From NCBI GenBank assembly GCA_934444365.1, contig CAKSCM010000009.1, positions 1 to 64,000 of the forward strand: a stretch of DNA of 64,000 bases, given 5' to 3'. This document shows, piece after piece, positions 19,935-29,949 of this stretch. Origin of the DNA: an uncultured Eubacteriales bacterium. GTDB lineage: Bacteria; Bacillota; Clostridia; Oscillospirales; Acutalibacteraceae. The translations under genes and the position numbers were made by a program. Position 1 is the stretch's first letter; every line of letters begins with the position of its first letter. Under the pieces are notes generated by a model. The model did not search any database. It saw nothing but the letters and a program-made list of their open reading frames with translations, and was not told where the DNA came from.

Positions 19935-20087
19935 CGCTGTTCACCCCTTTCTCAAAAGCATTTATATAAAATCAACGGCAATCGCCCGGATTTAATCACA
20001 TGATTTAATACATGATCTGCCTTGCAACGCAAAAACAGAGCATAAAACCCGTAAAAACCTCCCGAAACCTCGCCACTTTATGATATT

Positions 20088-20120
20088 TTTGCTCCACTTT
20101 GTGGAACTACGCTCCAATTA
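20088..20120. promoter_or_regulatory. Putative MraZ operator. 10-bp-phased GTGGAGC/TTCCACA/TTGGAGC repeats ~150 bp upstream of mraZ.
   Basis: Repeats seen in sequence. MraZ is known to bind phased direct repeats upstream of its own operon. Assignment is inferential. Confidence 0.3.
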
Positions 20121-20616
20121 TAAATAATATTCAATTAAATTTCAATAGCAAAAATAAATTTTTTTACTTAAAATTAAAATTTTTTTGCCCTCTTGTGTAC
20201 CAAACCGCTTTCACCACCTATATATAGTATACGAACATTCGTTCTATTAAGATAAACAAAAACCCAGTCACACTGCCGGAAAACGGGCTCTATATCAGAA
20301 CGGTTGTTCCGTTTTAACCCCAAAAAACGAAAATCCGCAATAAAACAATTTTGCCGTAATTTTTTGTCACATCATGTTTTCTCATTCCGCTTAACTTTTA
20401 ATAGATTTCATATCACCGCTTTCAGGCGGTATTTGTTAAGCGGATAAAGAGAAATTATAAGCGGCACGCCATCGTCTCCGATCAAACCGGCAGTTTCCGT
20501 AGCAAATAAAAATGCGGCACACGATTTCTCGCATACCGCATTATAAGCTATTATTCTTTTGTCTTTATCAGCCGCATATAAAAGCCTTTTTCAAATTCAA
20601 AGCCTTTATGACAGCC

Positions 20617-22005
20617 TTATTCTCCGGTCTGTTCGTCTAAAAGCAGCAGTTTAACCTCGGTCACCTGTCGTCTTACCGACTCCGGTGCCGGTCCGCCGGG
20701 CACAACACGTCCGTTAACACAATATTCGGGTGATATCTTCTCATAAATATCCTCATCGAACAGGTCGCTTTTGAGTCTATACTCCTCTATCGGAAGATCG
20801 TCAAGACAGGTATCAAGCTCAATGCACCGCTTGACCAACTCGCCGGTTAAGCGATAGGCATCCCTAAACGGCAGTCCCTTAGCCACCAGATAATCGGCCA
20901 CATCGGTGGCATTTATAAAGCCGAACGAGGCGTTCCTTCGCATATTCTCCTTCCTTACGGTCATGGTATTAACCATCGGAGTAAAGGCGTCAAGACACAT
21001 TTTAACCGTATCAACGGCGTCGAAAACAGCCTCCTTATCCTCCTGCATATCCTTGTTGTAAGCAAGCGGCAACCCCTTCATAACGCAAAGCAGCGCATTA
21101 AGGTCACCGAACACCCTGCCAGATTTTCCCCTTACAAGCTCGGCTATATCGGGATTTTTCTTCTGAGGCATTATGCTCGAACCGGTAGAAAATGCGTCGT
21201 CCAGGGTAACATAAGAAAACTCGCCCGAGCACCAGAGTATTATCTCCTCCGAAAATCTCGAAAGATGTACCATTATAAGGGAAAGGGCACTAAGCAGCTC
21301 TATAACAAAATCCCTGTCGGAGACCCCGTCAAGGCTGTTTGCGGTTATCCCGTCCATACTTAACAGCTCGGCAACGCGTTCGCGGTTTATCGGGTAGGTC
21401 GTACCGGCAAGCGCGCCGCTGCCGAGCGGAGAAATATTCATCCGTTTTTTGCAGTCGTCGATACGTCCGGCGTCGCGAACAAGCATATATGCGTACGCCA
21501 TTAAATGATGACCGAAGGTAATGGGTTGAGCACGCTGCAGATGGGTGTATCCGCACATCACGGTATCGGCATATTTTTCGCTTAAATCACACAGCACCCC
21601 AATGAGCTTTACGACTCGTGATTTAATTTCGTCCGCCTCGCGCAACAGATAAAGCCGTAAATCGAGCGCCACCTGATCGTTCCGGCTTCTGGCGGTATGC
21701 AGGCGTTTTCCGGCGTCGCCTATGCGAGCGGTAAGCTCACCCTCAACAAAGGAATGTATATCCTCGCTGGTCATATCGATCTTAAGCTTTCCCTCTTCAA
21801 TCTCTTTTAGTATATTTTTAAGGGTAGCGACTATCAGTTCGGAATCCTTCTTCTCGATTATACCGCATTCGCCGAGCATTGTGGCGTGCGCCATGCTGCC
21901 GAGTATATCCTCCTTGTACATTCTGCAATCGAATGATATTGACGAATTAAAATGATCGGTCACCTCGTCGAGCTTACCGTGATAAGCTCCTGCCCAAAGC
22001 TTCAT
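20617..22005 (-). CDS. argH: Argininosuccinate lyase ArgH.
   Basis: Fumarate-lyase signature GSSIMPQKKNPD. Start set at the conserved MKLWAG. Confidence 0.9.
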   Translation of the reverse strand: MKLWAGAYHGKLDEVTDHFNSSISFDCRMYKEDILGSMAHATMLGECGIIEKKDSELIVATLKNILKEIEEGKLKIDMTSEDIHSFVEGELTARIGDAGKRLHTARSRNDQVALDLRLYLLREADEIKSRVVKLIGVLCDLSEKYADTVMCGYTHLQRAQPITFGHHLMAYAYMLVRDAGRIDDCKKRMNISPLGSGALAGTTYPINRERVAELLSMDGITANSLDGVSDRDFVIELLSALSLIMVHLSRFSEEIILWCSGEFSYVTLDDAFSTGSSIMPQKKNPDIAELVRGKSGRVFGDLNALLCVMKGLPLAYNKDMQEDKEAVFDAVDTVKMCLDAFTPMVNTMTVRKENMRRNASFGFINATDVADYLVAKGLPFRDAYRLTGELVKRCIELDTCLDDLPIEEYRLKSDLFDEDIYEKISPEYCVNGRVVPGGPAPESVRRQVTEVKLLLLDEQTGE

Positions 22006-22420
22006 GCTTAAAACCACCTTGTTTTTCTTAGACTTGGCCGCTATACGGCAGCGAACAAAAGGGGTTTTAAAAATCCCCATTAACATCGCACCTTAAACGT
22101 ATATATAATATACTCCAAAAAGCTCCTGAATGGAAGTGTTTTTTAATAGTCTATATTGTAAATTAAACTATTCGGCTTATCTTTCGGTCTTTTAAGCAGC
22201 TTAAATAAGCAAACGGGATACAGAATCCCTGCCAAAACCCACACCGTAAACAATAAAAGCGCACGGTATACCATTTAATAACAGGATATACAGTGCGCTT
22301 TTTGCTTTTCCTTAACAGTACCGAGCAGACAAAAGGCGTACCGAACGAAATTCTGACGGTATTTTCCCGATTTTGCCGCTTTCGTGGTGTATTTATCAAG
22401 CAATTACTATATCAAAAGGA

Positions 22421-23680
22421 TCAGAACTTTCCGCCGCCACCGCCGTGCGTTGTACCCGACGATGAGGTATGTGTGCTGCTTCCGCCGGAGCTTGAGGAAT
22501 CATTATCCTTCGGCTTAGCCGTACGGCTGACCGTAGAATAAAGGAACATATCACGGCTCTCGCGGACATTCATGCTGCCGGGCTTTACATAGCTGTCGGC
22601 CGCCGCCGCAAAGCTAACGCTCCTTAACTTGCTCTTCATACCGCCGACAACCGCCGACGCAATAAGAATCCCTACGACAAGGGAGATCGGTATCCATATG
22701 AGTGAGAGCGGATCATGCGGTAAGTTGCCGACATCGTACGGCTTTCCGGTTTCGACCGCATTTGTCACAAAACGATCTACCTCGTTTGCATATATCCTGA
22801 AGGCCTCGGCATAATCGCCGTCGGAAAGATAACCGGTAAATTTGTCGGCAATATACTCCCTTCCGGCATCGGTAATGGCGGCAATTCCGTAGCCGGTAGT
22901 GGTAATATACCAATCCCTGTCCTCCATGCTTATAAGAAAGAGCACACCGTCCTTGTTTTCGCCGAACCCGAATCCGCTGTAATCATAAAGATCGTCGGCA
23001 TACTCTCTGGGCGTTTTCCCCGAGAGGGAATTGACGGTGGCTATAACAACGTCGAACTTCTGGCGCTCGCTTATCTCGTCAAGCTTGGCCTTTATTTCGG
23101 CCGCTTCGTCACTGCTGAGCAAGCCTGCCTCGTCCATAAGTCTCGGATATGTGCTTTGCGACACCTTGCTTTGAGCACCCGAGGTTACACTGCCGGTTCC
23201 GGCTGCAGACGAACGGGAAATTATGCTTTTTGCCGAGTTCAGATACGCCGTAAATCCGTCGGCATAGCTCATCTCATAGTTATATGCATCCCAAAAGCCT
23301 TCACAGTCGGCATTTGTAAACATACCGTCGCATTTGCCGGTTTTCCGAACAACGTATTCACCCTCATCCTCGTTAAGGACAAGCATAACGGAGTCCTGTT
23401 TACTAATACCTATTCCGCCGTAATTTTCGGCATATTTTCCGAGGCTGTTCGCTCCCTGATGATAGTCGTCGGTTATGAGCATTAAAACCTCAATACCGTA
23501 CTCGTCATATATGTCGTCGGCAAGCTCGTTTGCAGCGTCAAGAGCGGCATCCGGCGCATTCATGGTCTCATCGATAAAATACTTTGCCCCGTCGGCGCCT
23601 GTCATCACCGAAAAAGACGCAAGCGAGACGAGCACCGCAACCAAAAGGATAAAAATTGATTTAAGCTTTTTACCGGTCAT
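22421..23680 (-). CDS. TPM-domain (DUF477) membrane protein, YdjH/YgcG-like, with tandem TPM regions and a Gly/Ser-rich C-terminal tail.
   Basis: Signal/TM N-terminus, two TPM-like blocks, a C-terminal TM, then a GGSSTHTSSSGTTHGGGGG tail. GGAGG RBS at the chosen start. Confidence 0.65.
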   Translation of the reverse strand: MTGKKLKSIFILLVAVLVSLASFSVMTGADGAKYFIDETMNAPDAALDAANELADDIYDEYGIEVLMLITDDYHQGANSLGKYAENYGGIGISKQDSVMLVLNEDEGEYVVRKTGKCDGMFTNADCEGFWDAYNYEMSYADGFTAYLNSAKSIISRSSAAGTGSVTSGAQSKVSQSTYPRLMDEAGLLSSDEAAEIKAKLDEISERQKFDVVIATVNSLSGKTPREYADDLYDYSGFGFGENKDGVLFLISMEDRDWYITTTGYGIAAITDAGREYIADKFTGYLSDGDYAEAFRIYANEVDRFVTNAVETGKPYDVGNLPHDPLSLIWIPISLVVGILIASAVVGGMKSKLRSVSFAAAADSYVKPGSMNVRESRDMFLYSTVSRTAKPKDNDSSSSGGSSTHTSSSGTTHGGGGGKF

Positions 23681-23694
23681 ATTTTCATCCTCCC

Positions 23695-24789
23695 TTAAAG
23701 TATTCCGGCAAGCCAGAGCAGCCATGCTATTAAATATGTAGCGCCGCCGGCGATAAGGGTTACAAGCCACCGCCATTTTCTTGCGGCCGCTTTATCCACC
23801 GGGAGGTTGCCAACAAATTTGCCGGTTTGACCGTTCATGGCGAAAATGTACCTTTCGCCCTTCCATGTGGTGTTAAGAATCCACACCGGATACAGCGCAT
23901 ATCGCGCGTGGCCGTTGCTCAGGGATATACCCGAGCTTTCCGGAACAACGCTCGAATACCCCTGCACCGTTTTTTGAAACGCCTGCTCGGTCGAGTGTTT
24001 TACACGCTCGTCGGCACGGGTTATGCTCTGCTCGGACGAAACGTCGTATTTATCCGCCATGTAACCGGCAAGATAGGCCGTCTGGAACTCCTTTACGTCG
24101 GCAAAATCATACGGCTCAACCGATTCCATAAGATCATCCGGCATTTTCGACGAGCCGTCAACCGGAACATGCTCAAAGCTGATACTACCGGCCCTATGCA
24201 CAAGAAAATAGCTGGTTTCGGTGTAATCGTAATCGCTGTCGCTCCAAAACCTAACCTTGGTCGCACGGTAGCGTATGGTCGCATCCGCATCGGTATCAAA
24301 AAGCCAGAACGGAACATATACACCCTTTATCTCGTCAATGTGGTTTTCATCCTTAAAGACCTTAGGCAAAAGCCTCTTGCCCTTAAGATGATTGGAAAAT
24401 CCAGCCTTGGCGGCATTTTTATCGAGTTTAAACGGAATTATAAAATCCGGTTTCAGCGCACCCGAAAGCTTACCGGTCATAACCACCGGATTCGAGCAAT
24501 ACGGGCAGGTTGACGCCGCCGTATTTTCGTCGCACACAATTTCGCCGCCGCATGAATTACAAACATAGGTACAAAGCCCGTCGGCCTCGCCCGAAGACCA
24601 CTGTGCGCCCGGGGTATTCTCCCAGTTCATGTTATCCGAGATATCGTTTTTCAACTCGGCATCGTAATTCTTAAGCGTTTCAAGCTCAAATTCGGTGTCG
24701 CAATAAGGACACTTCATTTTTTGCAGCGCACTGTCAAACGCAATCGCACCGCCGCAACACGGGCACTTGTACTCCAGTAAATCGGACAT
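23695..24789 (-). CDS. Double-zinc-ribbon membrane-anchored protein (YdjG-like).
   Basis: Two N-terminal CxxC...CxxC ribbons (CPCCGG..CPYCD; CNSCGG..CPYCS), a central globular region, and a C-terminal TM helix. 14-bp gap to the TPM gene. Confidence 0.6.
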   Translation of the reverse strand: MSDLLEYKCPCCGGAIAFDSALQKMKCPYCDTEFELETLKNYDAELKNDISDNMNWENTPGAQWSSGEADGLCTYVCNSCGGEIVCDENTAASTCPYCSNPVVMTGKLSGALKPDFIIPFKLDKNAAKAGFSNHLKGKRLLPKVFKDENHIDEIKGVYVPFWLFDTDADATIRYRATKVRFWSDSDYDYTETSYFLVHRAGSISFEHVPVDGSSKMPDDLMESVEPYDFADVKEFQTAYLAGYMADKYDVSSEQSITRADERVKHSTEQAFQKTVQGYSSVVPESSGISLSNGHARYALYPVWILNTTWKGERYIFAMNGQTGKFVGNLPVDKAAARKWRWLVTLIAGGATYLIAWLLWLAGIL

Positions 24790-25056
24790 CTGCATATCCC
24801 CTTTTCAAAAAAACTAAATGCTGCACCAACCATAAAAACGTCAAAAGCTCAGGTGTTTTCTGAACGCATGACGGTCCTTCTCCTTCACGATACAGCATAA
24901 TGACCGCAAATATAAACCATATAAATTATATTCGCGGCCATTTGATCTGATTAATGTAGTTAAGTATTGCACCCGAATTAAGTATATCGCCCAAAAAATA
25001 AGCTTTTTCGGATAAACGGTATTCTCCTTTTTCAGATGCAACAAAAATATTTTAAA

Positions 25057-26397
25057 TTACTGTTTGTCGTTATCGTCGAAAACGTCGCCGCACTCAGGGC
25101 AGAACTTCGGCGGATGGGTGGGATCCTCCGGCTGCCAGCCGCATTTATCGCAGCGGTAAAGCGGTGCGCCTTCAGGCTTTTTAGCTCCGCAATTCTGGCA
25201 GAACTTGCCTTTATTGACTGCTCCGCACGAGCAGGTCCATCCTTCTTCGGCCGGTTTTTTTGCTCCGCATTCGGTGCAGAAATTACCCGTCGCCACAGCG
25301 CCGCACGAGCATTTCCAGCCGCCCGGCTGATTAGCTGCCGGCGCGCTCTTTGCGGCCGATTGCTGTGCAGCCGCCTGCTGTGCCGCTTGCTGCTGGCTCA
25401 TAGCGTAAAGATCCTGTGCATTAACGCCGCCGGTATTCATGGCCATCCCCATGCCCATAAATCCGGTAAAAGCACCTGCTTCATTCGATGCTGCCGCCTT
25501 CATGGCGTCGGCCTGAGCGCCGACCAGGGTTGCAGCAGCCATGCCGGGATCGCGCATCATACCGGTGCGCTGCGCCTGCTTTATCATATCGGCGTCTTCC
25601 TGCGGCAAATCGACATTGCTCAGCGCAATGCTCACTATCTTAAGACCTCTGAGCTCGCCCCATTTGTTTGAGAGCGTCTCGTTCATCGCATCTTCCAGCT
25701 CGGCATTATGCGCGGCGATTTGATTCGGACGCATTTCAAGCTCCGACAGCTTTGCAAGAGCCGGACGCAAAGCGCTTATGAATTCTGATTTGAGCTGTTT
25801 ATCAAGCTCCTCGCGGCGGTATTCGTCGCTGACATTACCGCAGACGTTGGTGTAAAAGAGTATCGGGTCGGCAATACGGTAAGAATAAACACCCGAGCAG
25901 CGTACCGAAACATCGACATCGAGACCTATTTTCGAATCGACCACACGGAAAGGAACGGGACTCGGAGTGCCGAAAAGATTTTCAAGCAGCTCCTTGGTGT
26001 TGAAGTAATAAACCCTCTGATCCTTGGCGGTATCTCCTCCGTAGGTAAAGCGCTTACCGATGGTTTTAAAGGTGTTTATTATCCCCTGTCCGAGTTTGCC
26101 GGCAAAAAGGCTCGGCTCGGTAGAAGAATCATATGTATACTCACCCGGCTCGGCGCAAAACTCAACCACCTTACCCTGTTCGACTATTATCATACACTGG
26201 CCGTCGGCAACGGCAATGCCCGAACCTCTCGAAATTATGTTGTCGTTGCCCTTGGTATTGGACGAACGGCCGCTTATCTGTTTACGGCCCTTTACCATAA
26301 GCACTTCCTTGTCAAGCGCCTCACAATAGAAAAATTCCTTCCACTGGTCGGCAAGGGTACCGCCTAAGGCTCCGACTCCGGCTTTTATAAGACCCAT
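25057..26397 (-). CDS. SPFH/Band-7 domain protein (COG4260 'virion core protein'-like, YdjI-like). It has a Gln/Ala-rich linker and four C-terminal zinc ribbons.
   Basis: N-terminal SPFH-like region and a QQAAQQAAAQQ linker. Then CSCG..CTECG, CSCG..CQNCG and CDKCG..CPECG ribbons. Confidence 0.65.
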   Translation of the reverse strand: MGLIKAGVGALGGTLADQWKEFFYCEALDKEVLMVKGRKQISGRSSNTKGNDNIISRGSGIAVADGQCMIIVEQGKVVEFCAEPGEYTYDSSTEPSLFAGKLGQGIINTFKTIGKRFTYGGDTAKDQRVYYFNTKELLENLFGTPSPVPFRVVDSKIGLDVDVSVRCSGVYSYRIADPILFYTNVCGNVSDEYRREELDKQLKSEFISALRPALAKLSELEMRPNQIAAHNAELEDAMNETLSNKWGELRGLKIVSIALSNVDLPQEDADMIKQAQRTGMMRDPGMAAATLVGAQADAMKAAASNEAGAFTGFMGMGMAMNTGGVNAQDLYAMSQQQAAQQAAAQQSAAKSAPAANQPGGWKCSCGAVATGNFCTECGAKKPAEEGWTCSCGAVNKGKFCQNCGAKKPEGAPLYRCDKCGWQPEDPTHPPKFCPECGDVFDDNDKQ

Positions 26398-26567
26398 AAT
26401 AAATACTCCTTTCAGATAAAAAACCGCCGAAAAAAGTCAAAACGGTTCTATATATGGTAATTGTAACACATAAATCCGGTTTAGTACAGCAAAAATTTAT
26501 ATTTTTAAGTATATTCGCAAAACCCGGCATGTCATTCGCATTCAAAAGGATGTTTAAAAAAAATCAA

Positions 26568-26610
26568 AGCAAAAAAATTAAAACCGGAAAACCCGCAACG
26601 GGCTTCCCGG
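26568..26610 (-). terminator. Rho-independent terminator downstream of jag.
   Basis: Hairpin ccgggaagcccg-ttgc-gggttttccgg followed by a U-run on the minus strand. Confidence 0.5.
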
Positions 26611-26694
26611 TCATTAAATCAAATTAAATTAACTGTTATAATCCGCAACAAAAGCAGATTAAAAAGCTAAACAAACCCTCTGTTTTTGTTAAGC

Positions 26695-27753
26695 TTATGC
26701 TTTTTTATCGATCCGGCCGTACAGCGGCGCCGTATCCATGTCCTTTTTCTGCTCGCGGTCAGGAGCGGATGTGGTGACCGGTCTGTCATTGCGCGGCCTG
26801 CGCTGATAGGAACGTCCTCTTGAATAAGAGCCGCCCCTCGAATCGCGGCGTCCCGAATCACGTCGGTTGTTGTAGGTTATATGGCCGTCCTTCGATGTAC
26901 CGATTACAACACGGCGATAAGGCTCGCTGCCTATTGACCATGAGGTTATTCCCTCAATGTCATGCACCGTCATGTGTATTATGCGGCGCTCGTAGGGATT
27001 CATCGGCTCAAGTGCGATATTCTTGCCGCTTTTAAGAGCCTGTGAAGCAATCCTCGAGGCTAAGGTCTGCAACGCCTTCTGGCGCTTGTTACGGTAGTCG
27101 CCGGTATTAAGCAGAATTCTCTGATAAGCGGTCTCGGAACCGTTTGCGGCAAGCACAGTAAGGTACTGAAGCGCATCAAGGGTCTCGCCTCTTCTTCCGA
27201 CAACGGCGCCTATGTTATCACCCTCAAGGGTTATTTCTATTCCGCCGTCGTAATCGCTCATGGAAATCTCGGCTTCTATATCCATGCAGGACAAAACCTT
27301 GGTGAGATATTCCTCGGCGCGCCGTGCGGTTTTAAGCTTTTCCTCGTCGGTGATGGGCCGTTTTTCGAATATATCGGCCTTTTCGCCGTCGGTTGTATCC
27401 TGAGTCTGAGAATCAGCCGGCTTTTCATTTTCCTTTTTATCTGCTTTCTCAGCCTTTTCGGCACGGACGGGTCTCGAGCTTCTTTGTGGCTTAAGGTCCT
27501 TTTTTCTATCGCGCTCGGGCGCGGCGGCACCGACCGGCTTTGTACCTGCCGGGTCTGCCTTCACCTCGTCCTCAAGCTCAATATACGCCCTTACCTTAGC
27601 CGGGCAACCGCCGAAAAGACCAAGGGTCTTTTTCTGCGGCATGTCGATTATCTCATATTTTACATCATCATCAATACCGGCGCCGAGCAATAATGCGGCG
27701 GCCTCGCGGGCCTCATCGACGGTAGCGCCGGTGGCGATAGCTTCCTTTATCAA
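26695..27753 (-). CDS. khpB: RNA-binding protein Jag/KhpB (Jag-N, KH and R3H domains).
   Basis: Domain order and the conserved position downstream of yidC. Confidence 0.8.
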   Translation of the reverse strand: MIKEAIATGATVDEAREAAALLLGAGIDDDVKYEIIDMPQKKTLGLFGGCPAKVRAYIELEDEVKADPAGTKPVGAAAPERDRKKDLKPQRSSRPVRAEKAEKADKKENEKPADSQTQDTTDGEKADIFEKRPITDEEKLKTARRAEEYLTKVLSCMDIEAEISMSDYDGGIEITLEGDNIGAVVGRRGETLDALQYLTVLAANGSETAYQRILLNTGDYRNKRQKALQTLASRIASQALKSGKNIALEPMNPYERRIIHMTVHDIEGITSWSIGSEPYRRVVIGTSKDGHITYNNRRDSGRRDSRGGSYSRGRSYQRRPRNDRPVTTSAPDREQKKDMDTAPLYGRIDKKA

Positions 27754-27787
27754 GGTTACACCTCCGAATATTTGAGCGAGACGAAAA

Positions 27788-28729
27788 CTACGCCTCGGTA
27801 CTTTCGATTATTTTCTTTTCTCTTTCCCTACGTAAATTCACGGTTTTCACTTCGCCGCGGGCTATTATCTTATAGGGCGACATATGCTTGTTGAGCAGCA
27901 CCTGAATGAGCATTCCGAGAAGATTCGAGCACATCCAGTAAAATCCTACCGCACCCGGTACTATAAAGGAAATGTAAAGCGACATAAAGGGCATAAGGAA
28001 CATCATGCAGCCCATATTTGCCGCTGCTTCGGGATTGGTCTTTTTCTGCATTCTCGTGGTTATCCACGACGAAAGGAAGGCCGAAGCAAAGGATGCCAGC
28101 GGAATAAGCCACAACAGCAGATCCGCTCCGGTAAGCTCCGAAAAACGCAAGGTAAACTTCGGCGTCTGGGTAAGATCGATACCGAAAAGGTTAAAGTCCA
28201 TTCCCCTTACACCGTCTACAATAGGCGCATATTCTGGATCGGTAAGTCCGGAAACGTTATGAATTACATCAAGCTCGGTTATCTGAGCGACCGTTTTGCC
28301 GAGGGTGTTCGCCACGGACTCCATAGCCTTGGAAATAAGCTCGGAATTTATATGCAGAATGTAAGAAAGCGGACTTCTTATAGCCATCCACACACCCCAC
28401 AAAAACGGAAGGGTTATCAGCTGAGGCAAACAACCGCCCATAAGCTTTACACCCTCACGGCGGTAAAGCTCCTGCATTTCCATATTATATTTCTGCTTGT
28501 CGTCGCCGCATCTTTCCTTAAGAGCATCAAGCTTGGGCCTTACGGCGGTCTGCTTGGCCGTGGCCTTTTGCTGATTTATGTTAACCGGTAAAAAAACCAG
28601 TTTTACAAGCAATGTAAATACTATTATCGCAACGGCGTAATTTCCGAGTGGGCTCCATATCGAACCGAGCAGATTATAAAGCTGCTCGAGCACCCAACCC
28701 ATGGCGCTGTAAATATACTTCAAAATCAA
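27788..28729 (-). CDS. yidC: Membrane protein insertase YidC/SpoIIIJ.
   Basis: Polytopic 60-kDa-IMP family protein in the rnpA-yidC-jag context. Confidence 0.9.
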   Translation of the reverse strand: MILKYIYSAMGWVLEQLYNLLGSIWSPLGNYAVAIIVFTLLVKLVFLPVNINQQKATAKQTAVRPKLDALKERCGDDKQKYNMEMQELYRREGVKLMGGCLPQLITLPFLWGVWMAIRSPLSYILHINSELISKAMESVANTLGKTVAQITELDVIHNVSGLTDPEYAPIVDGVRGMDFNLFGIDLTQTPKFTLRFSELTGADLLLWLIPLASFASAFLSSWITTRMQKKTNPEAAANMGCMMFLMPFMSLYISFIVPGAVGFYWMCSNLLGMLIQVLLNKHMSPYKIIARGEVKTVNLRREREKKIIESTEA

Positions 28730-28818
28730 TTCCTCCGGCCGTAATCGCGGCCATCATCAAAAAAATCCTTGGTTTAAGGCTCTGATGCCTTTTGTTTTGG
28801 GTTATTTTGGTATTGGGA

Positions 28819-29076
28819 TTATTCCGGCTTTTCAGGTTTTCCCGGCTGCTTTTTTTCCGCCGTTTTTTCGGGCACCGGATCATATCCGCCTGCATGGAAC
28901 GGATGACATTTCAGTATCCGTCTTAAAGCAAGCCAACCGCCCTTAATTGCCCCAAAACGCTCAATTGCAGTGAGCGCATACTCCGAGCATGTCGGCGTAA
29001 AACGGCAACACGGCGGTTTTAAAGGGGATATTCCCTTTCTGTAGGCGGTTATGAGAAAAATAAGTAGCTTTTTCAT
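28819..29076 (-). CDS. yidD: Membrane protein insertion efficiency factor YidD.
   Basis: 85 aa with the conserved [10 protein letters not shown] and HPxxxGGYDPVP motifs. Confidence 0.85.
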   Translation of the reverse strand: MKKLLIFLITAYRKGISPLKPPCCRFTPTCSEYALTAIERFGAIKGGWLALRRILKCHPFHAGGYDPVPEKTAEKKQPGKPEKPE

Positions 29077-29128
29077 TTTTTACTGCCGGTTTCATGCTTT
29101 TTGTCCGGCCGTTTACGGCGCTTAACCG

Positions 29129-29491
29129 CTATTCACATATGACATTAAGCTTTAAAAGCTGCCGCCGCATCTCCCGTGCGACATCGTTCATATTAACCGA
29201 TGCCGTCCTCGTTCGCGCGACAAAAACAAGGTCATAGCTACCCGTTATTTCGGGATACAGCGCTCTGAAGGCTTCCCTTATAACCCTTTTGGAGCGGTTG
29301 CGCTCGACGGCGCCGCCGACCTTTTTGCCGGCGGTAATTCCGTAACGAACGGCATTGCCTTTGCCTTTTGTACAATAGGTTACAAGCGTAGATCCGACAA
29401 TATACTTTCCACGTGAATATAACCGGCGAAAATCATGGTTTTCCTTTAATACAACAGGCTTCAAAGGTAATCCCCCGTTCAGGTAAAACAA
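29129..29491 (-). CDS. rnpA: Ribonuclease P protein component RnpA.
   Basis: Basic 120-aa protein with an RNR-like motif (KRVIRE). Sits between rpmH and yidD. Confidence 0.85.
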   Translation of the reverse strand: MFYLNGGLPLKPVVLKENHDFRRLYSRGKYIVGSTLVTYCTKGKGNAVRYGITAGKKVGGAVERNRSKRVIREAFRALYPEITGSYDLVFVARTRTASVNMNDVAREMRRQLLKLNVICE

Positions 29492-29505
29492 GATACTCAG
29501 CGCTT

Positions 29506-29640
29506 TTACGCGCTAAGTACCTTGCGGCCCCTTGCTCTGCGACGAGCCAAAACCTTGCGGCCGTCTGCGGTGGACATTCTTTTACGGAAACCGTGCACCT
29601 TGCTGCGATGACGCTTTTTAGGCTGATAAGTTCTGATCAC
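29506..29640 (-). CDS. rpmH: 50S ribosomal protein L34 (GTG start).
   Basis: My own translation gives [52 protein letters not shown]. It was not in the ORF track because it is under 60 aa. Confidence 0.9.
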   Translation of the reverse strand: MIRTYQPKKRHRSKVHGFRKRMSTADGRKVLARRRARGRKVLSA

Positions 29641-29949
29641 ATCAATACACTCCTTTCAAAACGCAGGGCTAAATATAATAAAATACATAACACAAATTGC
29701 TGTCCAACACAAAAAGGACGCGACCCTGCGAATTTAAATTTTACTATAAATCCAACGCAATGTCAACACAAAATTTCTCATTCTTTCAATTAAAGAGCTT
29801 AGAATCCATCCGCACTGTTTATAGTTATGATATTCTCCGAAAACCGCCTGAACCAAACAGGCCCTGCGACTTAAAATCAAGAAGCAGAGCCCGTTCGGTA
29901 TTGGAAGGAGATACAGTTACAAAACTGTGGAAATGTCGTAATTTTTATA

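Noticed and set aside
29641-29949. Possible oriC with DnaA boxes between rpmH and htrA. A similar possibility exists at the strand switch 32314..32569.
   Set aside because: Only weak 2-mismatch DnaA-box-like 9-mers are present. There is no dnaA gene and no clear AT-rich DNA-unwinding element.
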